Below, piece after piece: positions 1 through 12,300 of a stretch of DNA of 64,000 nt. Under the pieces are notes generated by a model, which was given only the letters and a program-made list of their open reading frames with translations, made no database searches and was not told where the DNA came from. The position numbers and the translations under genes were made by a program. The stretch covers positions 20,152,001 to 20,216,000 of the forward strand of contig CM059433.1 in the NCBI GenBank assembly GCA_030390025.1, given 5' to 3'. This DNA is from Squalus acanthias. Its lineage: Eukaryota. Numbering within the stretch: the first letter of the stretch is position 1; each line of letters begins with the position of its first letter.

Positions 1-60
1 TTATTAAAATGCCTGCTTATCTCTCAGCCTTCACATCCAAAAGCTCTCATTTTTCTTCAT

Positions 61-130
61 GGACGCGACTGACCTTGTACAAAGTTCCAGCATTTTTTAT
101 TTGTACTTCAGATTTCCAGCTTTAGCAGCT
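61..130 (+). mobile_element. Degraded Penelope-like element terminal fragment
   Basis: Resembles the reverse complement of the Penelope terminal sequence at about 51985-52060 (gatgctgcctgacctgctgag...ccagcattttctgtttttatttcagatttccagc). Confidence 0.55.
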
Positions 131-819
131 CTTCCTTTCGATTTTATAAAATGTATCTTTGTTGTTTTGTATCTATGTCTGCCTGCCAAAAACACACCCC
201 ATAGCTTGTTTCCATGGAATTCTCTGCAGGGCGATTTTATGTGATGACCGACTAAAAATGCAATTCCAACTGCGGTCATGTGTTAAACAGTCTGGTTGAA
301 TTATTTGAAGGCCATCAAGAGGAGACACGATCCCCAGCCATTATCCTGCTGTTTACTCCAATTTCATTTCCTTGACTGCTCCAAAAAAGTTACCTGAATT
401 TCAATGGGGAAGATGTCCTTATTCAACAAGACTCACCTTGTGCTCTTCTGTTTTCTATTCATCTTTGTCATTTTATGTATGGATGATGTACCAAGCTCTG
501 CAAGTATCACTTACATGGTTACTACCAGAAACCGTTGGGGGAGAAATTGAACAGGTTGTTTTCAGACAAACTCAGTGGAATATTGGGACTGGCGGTCAGA
601 AAAACAAGGCACAACCAAAAAAAGGCCAGTGTCCACCTCTTCTGCATTGGCAGCAAATTCTGTCTGGTGGGAGGGTAGTGGCCGCTTTTTTTGTCTGCCC
701 CCACGACATCCCAGTAGCAGTTTGGAGGCATGTCTGGGAGATATTCTTGGGCTGTCCAAGGAATCCTGTCAGAAATTCCTCTGGCCAAATATTAACTCCT
801 ATTAATGAGAACCTGTGTA

Positions 820-949
820 GGTTCCATTTTGAGCGCCCACAGCGAGTCAATAGAAGCCAATAGAAATGAAAATTGGGAGCGATGTATAACGGGCGACAGA
901 TCCGGTATCACCCGTTTCACTCTTAACGGCAAAAGTTAAAATGACCCCC
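820..949. mobile_element. Remnant of a small palindromic MITE (one end)
   Basis: Ends in gttaaaatgaccccc followed by taa; the internal aaaattgggagcgat...aac matches the MITE at 48852-49005. Confidence 0.45.
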
Positions 950-2914
950 TAAGGGATCGCTTGCCGTTGGACAAAGCCCTTAGGTTAAGGAAGAGCACTT
1001 AGTAAAAATGTTGCCACTTTTCTATCTATGTCTTGACCACCCTCTAGGTGCATTCTCAGATCACGTTGGTTCGATGGTGCAGACGTCCCTGTTGCACCAC
1101 TGCAGGAGCAGGCACTGCCCCTATTGAAATCACCCTGTGCCCAGGATTTGGGACTAGGCCATGGTGGGATGAAAACGGCAGGATGAAATTCTGCCGTGCC
1201 GCACTTTTGGCGGCGCCATAGCACTCCTGGATTTTCTAGACTTGTGTCTTTTCGAAAGTTTGCTAAGGAAAAACTGGATGATCTACAGTCAACCCAACGT
1301 ATGTCATGTTCGTTGCTGACTGTGTTGTATACTGGTCTTTTTACTTAATGATTCACATTATTTGTAAATATGTCTGCCTAGCAGTTTAATCTGTATAAAG
1401 TTATTTAACAGTGTAATATCTTCAGTCGTTTGAACTGACAGGAAAAGCAACGGGCATCAGTTATCAAGCCACTTACATGAATGCAATGCATTGAGGAAAA
1501 TGTCTGAAATATGACCTCTGTATTGCATTGTACCCTTCTACATAAAGCAGCTTCCGGCCTGACACTGCAGACAGGAAGGTAAATGCATGAAGGTCTTATT
1601 GCCCAGTTCTTCCAGTGAGTATTGTAATTGGACAATAATACTTTCTTTTGGACACTTCTACAATCACGGAACTACTATTTGCTATCCCTGTTCGGTTTTT
1701 GGGGTGTACTGTATACATTTTGTAGTATAGCTTTTGGACAATGAACACTTTACTTTTCTACACAGTGATGACTAGTTATAGCAACAATGAACTCATTTGA
1801 TTAAATGTGCAGTGCAGGCAGCATACTGTGTTTGGCTGTAATGTTTGCTCTTTGTGCATCTTGAGCTTCTGTGACCCTGTAATGATCCTGAGCACTCCCC
1901 GGGCAGCAGGAGCGGCACCTTCTGAAATGACACTCCATGTCACTTCCGTAGGGCTTCATGATCACACACAACTGCCATTGGCATAAATGCCAACCAGCTG
2001 CTCCTCTGCTACTTCATGCATGCCACTAGTTGAGTGCACCTCTTCCTCATGCCTGCTGGTCTGTTTGAGCATAGAACAATTGCCTTTCTGCCAGCAAGTT
2101 GATTTGGAGTTTTTACCTCAAAGCTTTTGTAAGATATGCTTCAACTGAGGCTATGACCTACTTAAGTGACGTCTCCACTGCAGAAGCTGTTTCGTCGTGC
2201 TTGTGTTCAATGGCAGACTGCAGTGTAAATGATTGTTGTTCCATATATATAAAAAGCCTGCTCTTTTCACTTCCAATACTTGATTTGCTCCATTCTTGTT
2301 CATCCCTCTGTGCATTCATGCTGTGTGCTCCAACTTCACAACAATGCTCATGCTGTACCTTTGGGTTTCTTTTTAAGTCTTGCACCTCCTGCTGCACTTC
2401 CAAGAGGAGAAGACAGTGTTGTTGCTATCGGTGGTACATTGCCGAGCTTGGTGCTCTTTCTGCATGTTAGACGGCTTTCCTTCCAGCACAATAAAAATTC
2501 TCCCATCTCTCCTTAACCACTTGCAGAGGGTTGAATGGCTCATAGTCTACTTCCACAGCGTGAAAGGATTGTTACCATGTGTGCATCGTGATTTGCTGCT
2601 ACTTTTTCATTGCCATGTACAATGTGAGAAATACATTCACCACTTAGTCATTCGTTGCGGTATAGTTTCCGCACCCACTCCCCGCAGCACCGGAAGAGCC
2701 CTAACTAAGATCCGGAGTGACTGACACTGTGGTGGGTTATTCCTCCTCATCATCCTTGAGCTCCTTGCAACCTGTGACACAGTTGATGACAGCTTTCTTC
2801 TCCAATACCTCTCCTCCATTTTCCACCCCATGGGACTGTCCTCTCTTAGTTCCAGTCTTAGCTGTCTAATCCTAGCTGGAGCATTTCTGGCAATGACATT
2901 TTTCCCCACACCCG

Positions 2915-3240
2915 CATTGTCACCTGTGGAGTACCACCACCTCCTCTTCCCCCTACCCCCTCAGGATCCATTGTCACCTGTGGAGTACCACCACCTCCTC
3001 TTCCCCCTACCCCCTCAGGATCCATTGTCACCTGTGGAGTACCACCACCTCCTCTTCCCCCTACCCCCTCAGGATCCATTGTCACCTGTGGAGTACCACC
3101 ACCTCCTCTTCCCCCCGCACCCCCTCAGGATCCATTGTCACCTGTGGAGTACCACCACCTCCTCTTCCCCCTACCCCCTCAGGATCCATTGTCACCTGTG
3201 GAGTACCACCACCTCCTCTTCCCCCCCACCCCCTCAGGAT
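2915..3240 (+). repeat. Minisatellite, 54-bp unit, 6 copies
   Basis: Unit cattgtcacctgtggagtaccaccacctcctcttccccctaccccctcaggatc starts at 2915, 2969, 3023, 3077, 3133 and 3187. Confidence 0.97.
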
Positions 3241-3615
3241 GTATTTTTGACCCGCATCTCTTCTTTATCTACATGCTGCCCCTTGGTGGCATCATTCGCA
3301 GACACAGTCATGTACACTGATGAGAGCTAGCTCTGCAATTCTACCTCTTCATTAACTTTCTTGACCATTCCATCGCCTCAATGCTGTCAGACTGCTTGTG
3401 CGACACCCAGTCTTGGATGAGAAGCAGTTTCTTCCAGCTTAACAGTGAGAAGATCAAAACCATTGTCTTCAGCCATTGTCTCAAAATCCGTACCCACAGA
3501 AATAATGCCACACCTTGACCACTGTTTGAGGCTGAACCAGAGTATTTGCAACCTCGAAGTTCTATTTGACACCGAGCCAAGCTTCCATCCCATATCCCCA
3601 TCATCAGAATGACTT

Positions 3616-3930
3616 GGGCAACACGGTGGCATAGTGGTTAGCACTGTTGCCTCACAGCGCCAGGGACCCGGCTTCGAATCCGGCCTCAGGTGACTGTCTG
3701 TGTGGAGTTTGCACATTCTCCCCGTGTCTGCGTGGGTTTCCTCCGGGTGCTCCGGTTTCCTCCCACAGTCCAAAGATATGCGGGTTAGGTTGATTTGGCT
3801 ATGATAAATTGACCCTTAGTGTTAGGGGGATTAAATACGTGGGGTTACGGGGATAGGGTGGGATATGTGTCGGTGCAGGCTCGATGGGCTGAAATGGCCT
3901 CTATCTGCACTGTGTGATTCTTTGATTCTG
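3616..3930 (+). mobile_element. tRNA-derived SINE, HE1/V-SINE-like
   Basis: A-box tggcatagtgg, B-box-like ttcgaatcc, V-domain-like gtggagtttgcacattctccccgtgtctgcgtgggtttcctccggg and a CR1-type tail (gggctgaaatggcct...(tgattc)n). Possible 6-bp TSD tgactt at 3610-3615 and 3931-3936. Confidence 0.9.
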
Positions 3931-4811
3931 TGACTTCCTACTTCTAGCTGCATCTGCCCTACCTGAGCCCATATTCCACTAAAATTCTTATCCACCCCTT
4001 TGTCACCCATAGCCTCAACTATTTCAATGCTCCCCTGGCCACCCACCAATCCTCCACCACAAAATTCAACTCATCCAAAATTCTGCTGCCTGTAACCTAT
4101 CCTGCACCAAGTCCCACTTGTCCTTGCTTACCTAAATTAGCTTCCAGTTCTCCAAAACCTCAAATTTAAAATTATCATCCTTGCGGTTACATTTTGCTAT
4201 GGTCTTGCCCTTCCTTATCTCTGTAACCTCCTCAATCCCCCATAGCCCCTGAACTCTCTGTTCCTCTGACTCTGGCCTATTGTGCCTCCTTGCCCTCCCT
4301 TCACTCTGCCACCGTCTAGGCTCCATGCTCTGGAATTACCTCCCTAAAACACTCTGCCTCTCTCTCTCCCTCTCCTCATTTAAGACGCTCATTAAAACCC
4401 AAGATTTGACAAAGCTTTTAGTCCTCCATCCTAATATCTCCTGCTTTGCATTGCCATCCATTTGTCCTTCTGTGAAGTGCCTCTGGGATGTTTTTCTATG
4501 TTAATGGCACGAGATAAATGCAAGTTGTTTCTTTTTGTTTGCCGATCTGTTGACAATTCAAAAAAAAAGTGAATGAATTGAGAGAGGTCAGGCTAAAAAT
4601 ATCTATAAGGGACCTGGACCTGAAATCCTTAACCAAATAAAAGGAAATTTGTGAGACTTGGAAAATACAAGAACTGTAGTTGGGGACTGAAAGATGGAGA
4701 ATGTTACCCTGCACAGCAACAAAGTAGTGAGGCATGAAGCTGTGCCTTCTAGATCAATTAGCCTAACATTGGTAGTGTAAAGATTGCTGAAGAGCATTTT
4801 TATGGATATAA

Positions 4812-5734
4812 AGGGTGGAATTTTAACATAAAAAATGGATGGGTTGGGTCATACAGTAAGTTAAAGTGTTAAAAATCTGAATCCCGACCAGAACCCGCCT
4901 CCAACCAGCCCTCTTCCGGTTTTAACAGAGGCGGGATGGGGCCGGGCAACCAACCCGCTCTCAGGAGGAGGGTTGTCTATTTAAATAATATAATGAGGCT
5001 GGAAGCCTCTGATTTGATCTCCATTTTGAATTTAACTTTAGCTGGTTGGGTTTTGCTGACCTCATGAAACCTGCAGGCTAATAGAAGACAAGGACTGCTG
5101 GATCCAGGAGGTAGGTGCCTTTACACTTTGCTCCTTCATCCAGCGCCCCTACTTAACCCACCACCCGCGATCGGAGACCCCCCCCTCTCCCCAACGAGAC
5201 CTTCCGATTCCCCCAGGCCTCCGATTTCCACCCCCCTCCCCCCACTCCAGGCCTCCAATCCCGCCCAGGCCACCGATGCCCCCACGAGGCTTCCCCCGCC
5301 TCCATGCTTCTTCTGGCCTTCTGATGATGCTCCAAATCCCCCCCTACCCCCACCACCACTTCTCCTCCGTCCCCTGATCTGGCGCTCCGTCCCCCGATCA
5401 TTGCCGACCCACCCCCTGCTCTTCTGACCACCCCTCCTGCTCCTCCGACCCCCGTCCCTCCGCTCCTCCAACCACCGCCCCCCTCCCCGTGTTCCACGGC
5501 CGCCCCACATGATTCCTCCCTCCCTCCTCTCTGCAGCCAAGTGCCGCAGGCCTACCTGCCCCCAGCGAGCCTTTCCATCTGGCTGAGTGCCGGTGGGAAA
5601 CAGAGGTTTGCCATGCAGAACAGGCCCTGCCGTTAAATTCGGCAAGGCCTGTGGGAAACCCGTTCTCCCAGGTTTCCCGACTGTTTCAGAGACCCCCCAC
5701 CCCCAACCAACCTTCCCCATTAAAATTCAGGCCC
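4812..5734. mobile_element. GC-rich non-autonomous DNA transposon (Harbinger-type MITE)
   Basis: Imperfect TIRs agggtggaattttaac / ttaaaattcaggccc; internal similarity to 21911-22659 and 20167-20817; C-rich core. Confidence 0.75.
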
Positions 5735-6683
5735 ACGAGTTCATCTAAAGAGCATATAGTTTATAAGGAGAATTTGGCTTGTTGCTAGAAGTTAAATGAT
5801 TCTGCTGGAATTATTTGAGCAGACGATAATATCAATAGCTAAACGCTATCTAGCTATTATAATTTACTTAGATTTTCAGAAGCTATTTGTTATAGCTCTG
5901 CATGTGATGTTTATAAATAGATTTAAGGCACATAGAATAAATGACATATCATCTAGTTGAATTGAAATCTGGCCGAACAAAAGGATTACGATGCGATGAT
6001 AAATAATCAAAGTGCTGTCTAGGATGGTGATTAATGGAACTCTCAGAGTCCGTTCTGGGTCCCCTGCTATTTATGACATTCATAAATGATAGGGACGAGA
6101 ATGACTCTTGTAATAATATCATAAAATTTGCTCAGAACAGCAAGCTACATGGTCAGGTGACAACTATTAGTGAGATTGATAACATTCAAAGGTACCTGGG
6201 CCAATTAAGCAGATGGGCTAAAGAATGGTGGTTGAATTATATTATGGATATAAATAGGAGTTAATGCAGATTCAAACAGAATACCTGTCTATGTGCTGAA
6301 GGGACGTTCATTGGAATAGGTTGAAAAGGATTTGCAATTCTTGACCGCTCATTGAAGGTTTTTGATCAATGTGATGCTATTATTGATCAAGCTAATCATG
6401 TGCTTGGATGCATCATTTTATTATAAGTGGGAACAGGTAATATTATAAATTTGTCTAGATCTTTGGTGAGGTCACTTTTGGAACTTAAGCCACTGCAGTT
6501 TTGAATGGACATTCTTGGATTGGAGAGAGTACGGATAAAAGCGACAAAAGTGGTACTGAGATTCAGGGCTCTAAATTGTGAAGACAGATTCACAGAAGTG
6601 AATTGTTTTCCGTTGTAGAAAAGAAGATGGAGAGGGTACATATTCAAAACCTTCAAAATGCTAAGAGGGATGGACGATGGAGA

Positions 6684-6861
6684 GGGGTAATTTTATGCCT
6701 TTGCCCTATCTCTGGGGAGCCTTGCCTGTCAGAAGAACATGACAGAAATTTGAGCACAGGCTGTTCATGATTTTCCAAACATTAATTTCAGTGATTTGCA
6801 CTGCCAATGGGCAAGGCTCTATCCCTCCTCTCTCGGAAGTTCAAAGGTGAAGAATTGCCCC
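6684..6861. mobile_element. Short MITE
   Basis: Termini ggggtaatttt / gaattgcccc; interrupts the CR1 sequence. Confidence 0.55.
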
Positions 6862-7739
6862 TTTCATTTCTTTTATGAGCACAGAACTAGAGGACAGCTG
6901 TATAAAATTAACAAGCCTCAAATGAGATAAAGTTTAGAATATTTTTCCCCATAGAATAATGGATATGTGAAACAAACTTCCAGCAAAAGTAATTAATCAT
7001 GCGCTGATTAATTCCCTGTAAAATAGCTGGATAAATAGCTCTTTAGGAAGGGGACCGAACATTCTTAGATTAAGTATAGACTGAGATAATCAAATCCTTC
7101 ATGGAGCACAATGGTTCCTTTGCTGCAGGGACCATGGAAATATCATCTGTGGAAGGCATTCAGGCAGGCTGAATGATGGAGTTGTAAGGGTGGATAAATA
7201 TTCTGGAGTTTTTTGCTCAAGTATCTCTGGAGGTCAGGGGGAAATTTTTCATAACATTCTCACATGAGATTAGAAAGTATGTGTGTGTGCATGGGAGAGC
7301 AGAGTTCACTCGAGACAAATTGTTCATGGTCTGTGGAAGGGTATAGGTTCATAGGTCAAATTACTTTTTCTCATTTTATGATTTATGTGACTCTGCTTTT
7401 AAAATTGACGTTTCTTGAGATCGGCCATCAGGGAGTGGAAAATGGAAAATATTACACTTTGCAGGCTGTTGGGTTTTTCAGAATGAGATATCCTCTCCAC
7501 CTTACCCATGATGCACTTGGCTCTCGCGACACCTGACCTGAGAGTGCAAAATGTTGAAAGTGTTCTATTTCCTCGCATGACAACCTCTCATTTCCTTCTC
7601 TTAAAAGGGATTCAAAAAAATGTAAAGGGGCAAGTACAATAAATGAATAGATTGAGAAGCTGAATAGATAGGAAGATGCTCAGAAAGGAGAAAAGAAAGT
7701 ATAGATTGCCGATTCTTATACGAAATTGTGAGCAGAGCA

Positions 7740-7935
7740 GGACACTGATCCTGCATTCTGTGGGGGCTCTTCTGATCTTCCTCCGTATTTCTGACGGACC
7801 CCTCGGGGACATTGCGGAAACCCAGTGTAACCATGGTTGTTACACTGGGCTCCCGCTGTTTCCCTTGGGCTTCCCCTGGTCTTCCACTAGAGTTACAGCA
7901 GGAGAGTGGGAGAACCCCTGTGCATTTCAGGATTT
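7740..7935. mobile_element. Palindromic MITE-like element
   Basis: Central inverted repeat gcggaaacccagtgtaac...gttacactgggctcccgc with weaker symmetry outward. Confidence 0.5.
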
Positions 7936-9272
7936 GTATCTCAACCATTAATTATGAGGCTAAGGTGCTGCAAAGCAAGATGGGATTTTGGCCAACCATT
8001 ACTAGTGAGTGGCAGCAATGTCTCACCCAAGCAGAATCAGTTGGTTCCATTCTTGGTCACTGAATGTATTTCAGCAAAACAGCATTTTCCGTTAAAAATT
8101 GTGAATTATCTGCAGGCAGATATTCCCTCTAGGCAAAGCCAAGAAAGGTGATGAAAAGATTTTAAATACTTTTAGAAATACTAAACCCCAACATCAGTTT
8201 GTATTTTACATCTGTGCTCCTCTATTCTTTGACTAGTCTTTCAGTATGCACAGATACAGTTGCGAATAATACGTCTTCCTTTGCAAAATGAAGGCTAAGT
8301 CGTTAATTTTTTTAAAGATTTGTCGATATGTTGCAATTAACAATGTCACACAGGGATAGTGGAGCTAAAACTGGCAGGATTTCAGAATGGCGTTGTGCGG
8401 TACTGTTTAGTGCCATTTCAATCGATTGAGCTCTATATGGCAAATGTATGCCAGTCTGTCATTCAGTGAGTCTGTGGATGTGTTGGCTCAGTGCCTTAGG
8501 CACCATCACCCATCAGTGCTGTCCCAATCCAAATCGTAACAACATCAATTTACTTTAGTCAACAGCTATCCACCACACATTGAATATAAATCAGCCTTTC
8601 AGGAATTAAGGTCATTTTAATGGCAGTGAAAAGGTTATTGCAACTTATAAATAAGAATAAATTGAGAACAAATATGTTTCTATTTCTCATAAACCTTACT
8701 GTAGGTGTGGAGAAATTTAGTGTTGGAAAAGAAAAGTGAGACAAAATCTTAACGTTTACAGTTTTAAAGGACAGTAGTTTGTAATAAAATTTTAGATGTT
8801 CATAAAAATGACTTGTGCCTGGACTTTTTCCTTCCCTTTTTGTTAAATTTTCCCCACTGTGGACGTCAAAGTAACAGGCCTGTAATTCTCAGGACCATGC
8901 TTTTAATTTTGATCTTTCAAAAGAAAGATTGGAATCACATTGACTGTTTCTCATTGGTCTGCATGACCCCAGTGTTAAGGACATAAGAAAAAGGTAAGGA
9001 CTGGAAAAGACCATTTGGCTCATTGTATTTCAACTCACGAGGCCGAGCATCCATCTGCATCTTGAGCTCTACTGATGTCTTTGATTCCACTTCCTTACCT
9101 GGTAGCTTATTCCATATGTTTCATCACCCTCTGAGGAAAGATTTTTTTTTGTTGCAAAATCTGTTTTTAATTGACTGGTCAACCCTTTGAAATTGATGTC
9201 CTCTGGTGCTATTGGCCTGATGCACCAAGTAATACTCTGGGTTCATCTTTTCTCTGCCATTTACTACTTTCT

Positions 9273-10383
9273 AGCCCAGAAATTACTGTTGATATCTGTA
9301 AACATCACATATCTGTTTTTTTTTAATTTGTTTATGGGATGTGGGCGTCGCTGACAGGGCCAGCATTTATTGCCCATCCCTAATTGCCCTTGAGAAGGTG
9401 GTGGTGAGCCGCCTTCTTGAACCGCTGCAGTCCGTGTGGTGAAGGTACTCCCACAGTGCTGTTAGGTAGGGAGTTCCAGGAATTTGACCCAGCGACGATG
9501 AAGGATCGGCGATATACTTCTAGGTCAGGGTGGTGTTTGACTTGGAGGGGAACTTGGAGGTGGTGGAAGAGGTCGCGGGTTTGGGAGGTGCTGCCGAAGA
9601 AGCCTTGGCAAGTTGCTGCGGTACGCCAGTGGTGGAGGGAGTGAATGTTTAAGGTGGCAGATGGGGTGCCAATCAAGCGGGCTACTTTGTCCTGGATGGT
9701 GTCGAGCTTCTTGAGTGTTGTTGGAGCTGCACTCATCCAGGCAAGTGGAGAATATTTCATCACACTCCTTGTGCCTTGTAGATGGTAGAAAGGCTTTGAG
9801 CAGTCAGGAGGTGAGACACTCGCCGCAGAATACCTAGCCTCTGACCTGCTCTTGTTGCCACAGTATTTATGTGGCTGGTCCAGTTAAGTTTCTGCTCAAT
9901 GGTGACCCCCAGGATGTTGATGGTGGGGGATTCGGCAATGGTAATGCCATTGAATGTCAAGGTGCGGTGGTTAGACTCTTGCTTGTTGGAGATAGTCATT
10001 GCCTGGCACTTCTGTGGTGTGAATGTTACCTGCCACTTATCAGCCCAAGCCTGAACGTCGTCCAGGTCTTGTTGCATGCGGGCATGGACTGCTTCATTAT
10101 CTGAGGAGTTGTGAATGGCACTGAACACTGTGCAGTCATCAGCAAACATCCCCATTTCTGACCTTATGATGGAGGGAAGGTCATTGATGAAGCAGCTGAA
10201 GATGGTTGGGCCTAGGACACTGCCCTGAGGAACTCCTGCAGCGATGTCCTGGGGCTGTGATGATGGACCTTTATTTTAGCAGAGGCGAAAAAGTCAGTTA
10301 ATGAACATTTTAAAATAGCATACTGAGGAACATCATACAAACGTGTTTGGGTGTCTGTTAATACTGCCAGTATTTTCTGGGCT
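9273..10383. mobile_element. MITE containing a younger LINE insertion
   Basis: TIRs agcccagaaattactg / cagtattttctgggct (15 of 16 match). Confidence 0.65.
9322..10270 (-). mobile_element. 5'-truncated non-LTR retrotransposon (CR1/Jockey-group RT C-terminus)
   Basis: ORFs 9760-10155 (FADDCTVF...WADKWQVTF..KCQ...LNWTSHI) and 9380-9763. Near-identical to 43550-44470 but with small internal deletions. Confidence 0.9.
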
Positions 10384-10679
10384 CATTCTCACTTAGGTTG
10401 CCCTTAACCTTTCTCTAGATTTTTAAGCTTAAACTTCTCTAATCTTTCCTCAAATGTCAACTTCTTTGCACTAGGCATCATTCTGATTGTACTTCTCTGC
10501 ACCTTACTAATGTATGCTTGTCCCTTTTTTGAAGTATGGCAAGATGAATTGGACACAGTAGTCTAAGCGTGGTCTGCCAACGCATTGTAAAGCCTTAACA
10601 TTACTTATGTTGCGTCTGGGGATTGCTCAGTTCCCAGGAGCAGCAAAGAGGAAATGGAGGCAGAGACCCATTGCAGCAG

Positions 10680-10693
10680 GTTTCCATGGCAAC
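10680..10693. promoter_or_regulatory. Perfect RFX X-box motif GTTTCCATGGCAAC
   Basis: Exact match to the palindromic consensus GTTNCCATGGNAAC in apparently unique sequence; function unproven. Confidence 0.4.
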
Positions 10694-10759
10694 CCTGGAA
10701 AAAATAGCATGACTGGGCTTGATTAAGCTGAATTTGCAACTCTACCTCTACAGCTCTAG

Positions 10760-11135
10760 TGTCAGCTGTGGCTTAGTGGTCGCATTCTCATCTCTGATTC
10801 AGAAGGTTGCAGCTCAAGTCCCACTCCCAAGACACCTGGGCTGAAACTCCAATGCAGTACTGAGGGAGTTCTGCATTGTCGGAGATACTGCCTTTCAGAT
10901 AAAACTGAACTGAGGCCCTGTCACAAGTGGACATAAAAGGTCCCATGGCACAATTCGAAGAAGAGCCACGGGGGTTCTCCCACAACCAACATCACCAAAC
11001 AGATTATTTGTTAATTTATCTTGTTTCTGTTTGTGCGACCTTGCTTCTGTTTCTGTTTCTGTTTGTGCGCAAATTGGCTGCTACGTTTCCCTGCATTACA
11101 ACAGTGATTACACTTAAAAAAGCACTCATTGGCTG
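10760..11135 (+). mobile_element. tRNA-derived SINE, SacSINE1/Deu-SINE-like
   Basis: tRNA-like head (gtggcttagtgg...tcagaaggttg...ctcaagtcccactcc), body tgcagtactgagggag...tcccatggcac..ttcgaagaagag and L2-type 3' part (acaacagtga). Confidence 0.8.
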
Positions 11136-11549
11136 CCTCCCCCTGCCCACCCCCGCTCCTATTCTCCAAGACCAATCTCTTCTCTAGTCTCCTTCCTTCT
11201 TCACTGTTTTTACATGCTTATTTTCATTATTTACAGTATTCTATATTATAACTTAATTTATTTGCATGGTAATATTACCTAGCCTTTCAGCATCCTCCTG
11301 TTTTCATTTGACGTGGAATCCAAATAAGTACAAATTGTTCTTGATTAGCTAAAATCTACTTTCAAAAGGTGTTTTTTTTAGCTCGTAAAGGGATTGAATT
11401 TTGTAGCTGCAATGACAAAACTAGGTCAACATTTAACTTTTTTTTTAGTCAACATTCTGCAGCCTGCCGCAGCCCAAAGAGGTAACATATCAATGGCACC
11501 AGTTCCTGAGTGCTGGCCTAATAATTTATTTCATAACTTATAACTGGTA

Positions 11550-11980
11550 TCAACCGTGGCTCACTCTTGTCTGACACAAAAGGTTGTGGGTTCAAGCCCC
11601 ACTCCAGAGACTTGAGCACAACCTCTAGGCTGACACTCCAGTGCAGTACCGAGGCATAACGAAGGTGTCGTCTTTCGGATGAGATGCTAAACCGAGGCTC
11701 CGTCTGCCCTCACAGGTGGACGTAAACGATCCCATGGCACTATTTCGAAGAAGAGTAGGGGAGTTCTCCTCGGTGTCCTGGACAATATTTATCCCTCAAT
11801 CAACATCACTACAACAGATTATCTGGTCATTGCTGTTTGTGGAACCTTGCTGTGCGCAAACTGGCTAACACATTTGCTACATTACAACAGTGACTACAGT
11901 TCAAAAAGTACTTCATTGGCTGTAAAGCACTTTGGGATGTCCTGAGGTTGTGAATGGCGCTATAGAAATTCAAGTCCTTT
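11550..11980 (+). mobile_element. tRNA-derived SINE, SacSINE1/Deu-SINE-like
   Basis: Same head and body as 10760-11135, with a full tail ggcgctatagaaattcaagtc. Confidence 0.85.
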
Positions 11981-11999
11981 TTCAGAACTGTTGCCCAAG

Positions 12000-12300
12000 T
12001 AGGTTGAGTAAGATTCAACAACAATAAAGAACTGGATGTAATCATTGATTAAATGTGAAAAGTACATTGCATGGCAGCAATTGGCAGGAGAAGTAAAATT
12101 TTAGGTTATTTAATTGGATCCGTAGAGAATAAACACAAGGAGGTTATACTGATTAGAAAGCATTAGTGAGACAACGCTTGGAATATTGTTTCCAATTTTT
12201 GCCGCCATATGGTAAGAGATAGTGATTGGAAATGTTTCAAAGAAGGAGAAGATGGGTGATACCAGATCCTAAACTAATGAGCACTGAAGATGAGGAAGGG
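12000..12300 (+). mobile_element. Very old CR1 fragment
   Basis: LVRQRLEYCFQFLPPY-like translation (cf. CR1 LVRPQLEYCVQFWSPH). Confidence 0.5.

Larger units (their letters stand above)
2640..4535 (+). mobile_element. Degraded L2 LINE (RT domain to 3' tail), interrupted by a 54-bp minisatellite and an HE1-type SINE
   Basis: Manual translation gives L2 RT-like motifs: LLIILELLATCDTVDDSFLLQYL (cf. LLDLSAAFDTVDH), VTCGV..PQ, LFFIYMLPLGGIIRRH, YTDES (cf. YADD), LSDCLCDTQSWMRSSFFQLNSEK. The 3' end gtgaagtgcct...ataaatgcaagttgtt is the L2 tail. Confidence 0.8.
4570..7260 (+). mobile_element. Old, heavily decayed CR1 LINE (RT region to 3' UTR), interrupted by two MITEs
   Basis: ORF 6034-6264 [17 protein letters not shown]...IIKFAQNSKL...WAKEW is CR1 RT-like; an RPISLT-like motif lies near 4750; many stop codons. 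Confidence 0.75.
8980..10610 (-). mobile_element. Old CR1 3' region (minus strand), split by nested insertions
   Basis: CR1 3'-type sequence at 9100-9270 (tcatcaccctctgaggaaag...tgtcctctggtgct) and 10390-10610 (ggacacagtagtctaagcgtggtct, i.e. RP.LDYCVQF on the minus strand). Confidence 0.6.

Noticed and set aside
3274..3292. CTCF-like gccaccaaggggcagc (minus strand)
   Set aside because: Explained by the L2 RT coding motif MLPLGG; no independent support.
3317..3345. Hammerhead-like CUGAUGA plus GAGC/GCUC hairpin
   Set aside because: No GAAA follows stem II; the site is the decayed YADD codons of L2.
3616..3690. tRNA gene
   Set aside because: It is the tRNA-derived head of a SINE, followed by the SINE body and tail.
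5128..5720. Pro-rich and Gly-rich ORFs (also near 20466 and 22365)
   Set aside because: Artefacts of the C-rich MITE cores.
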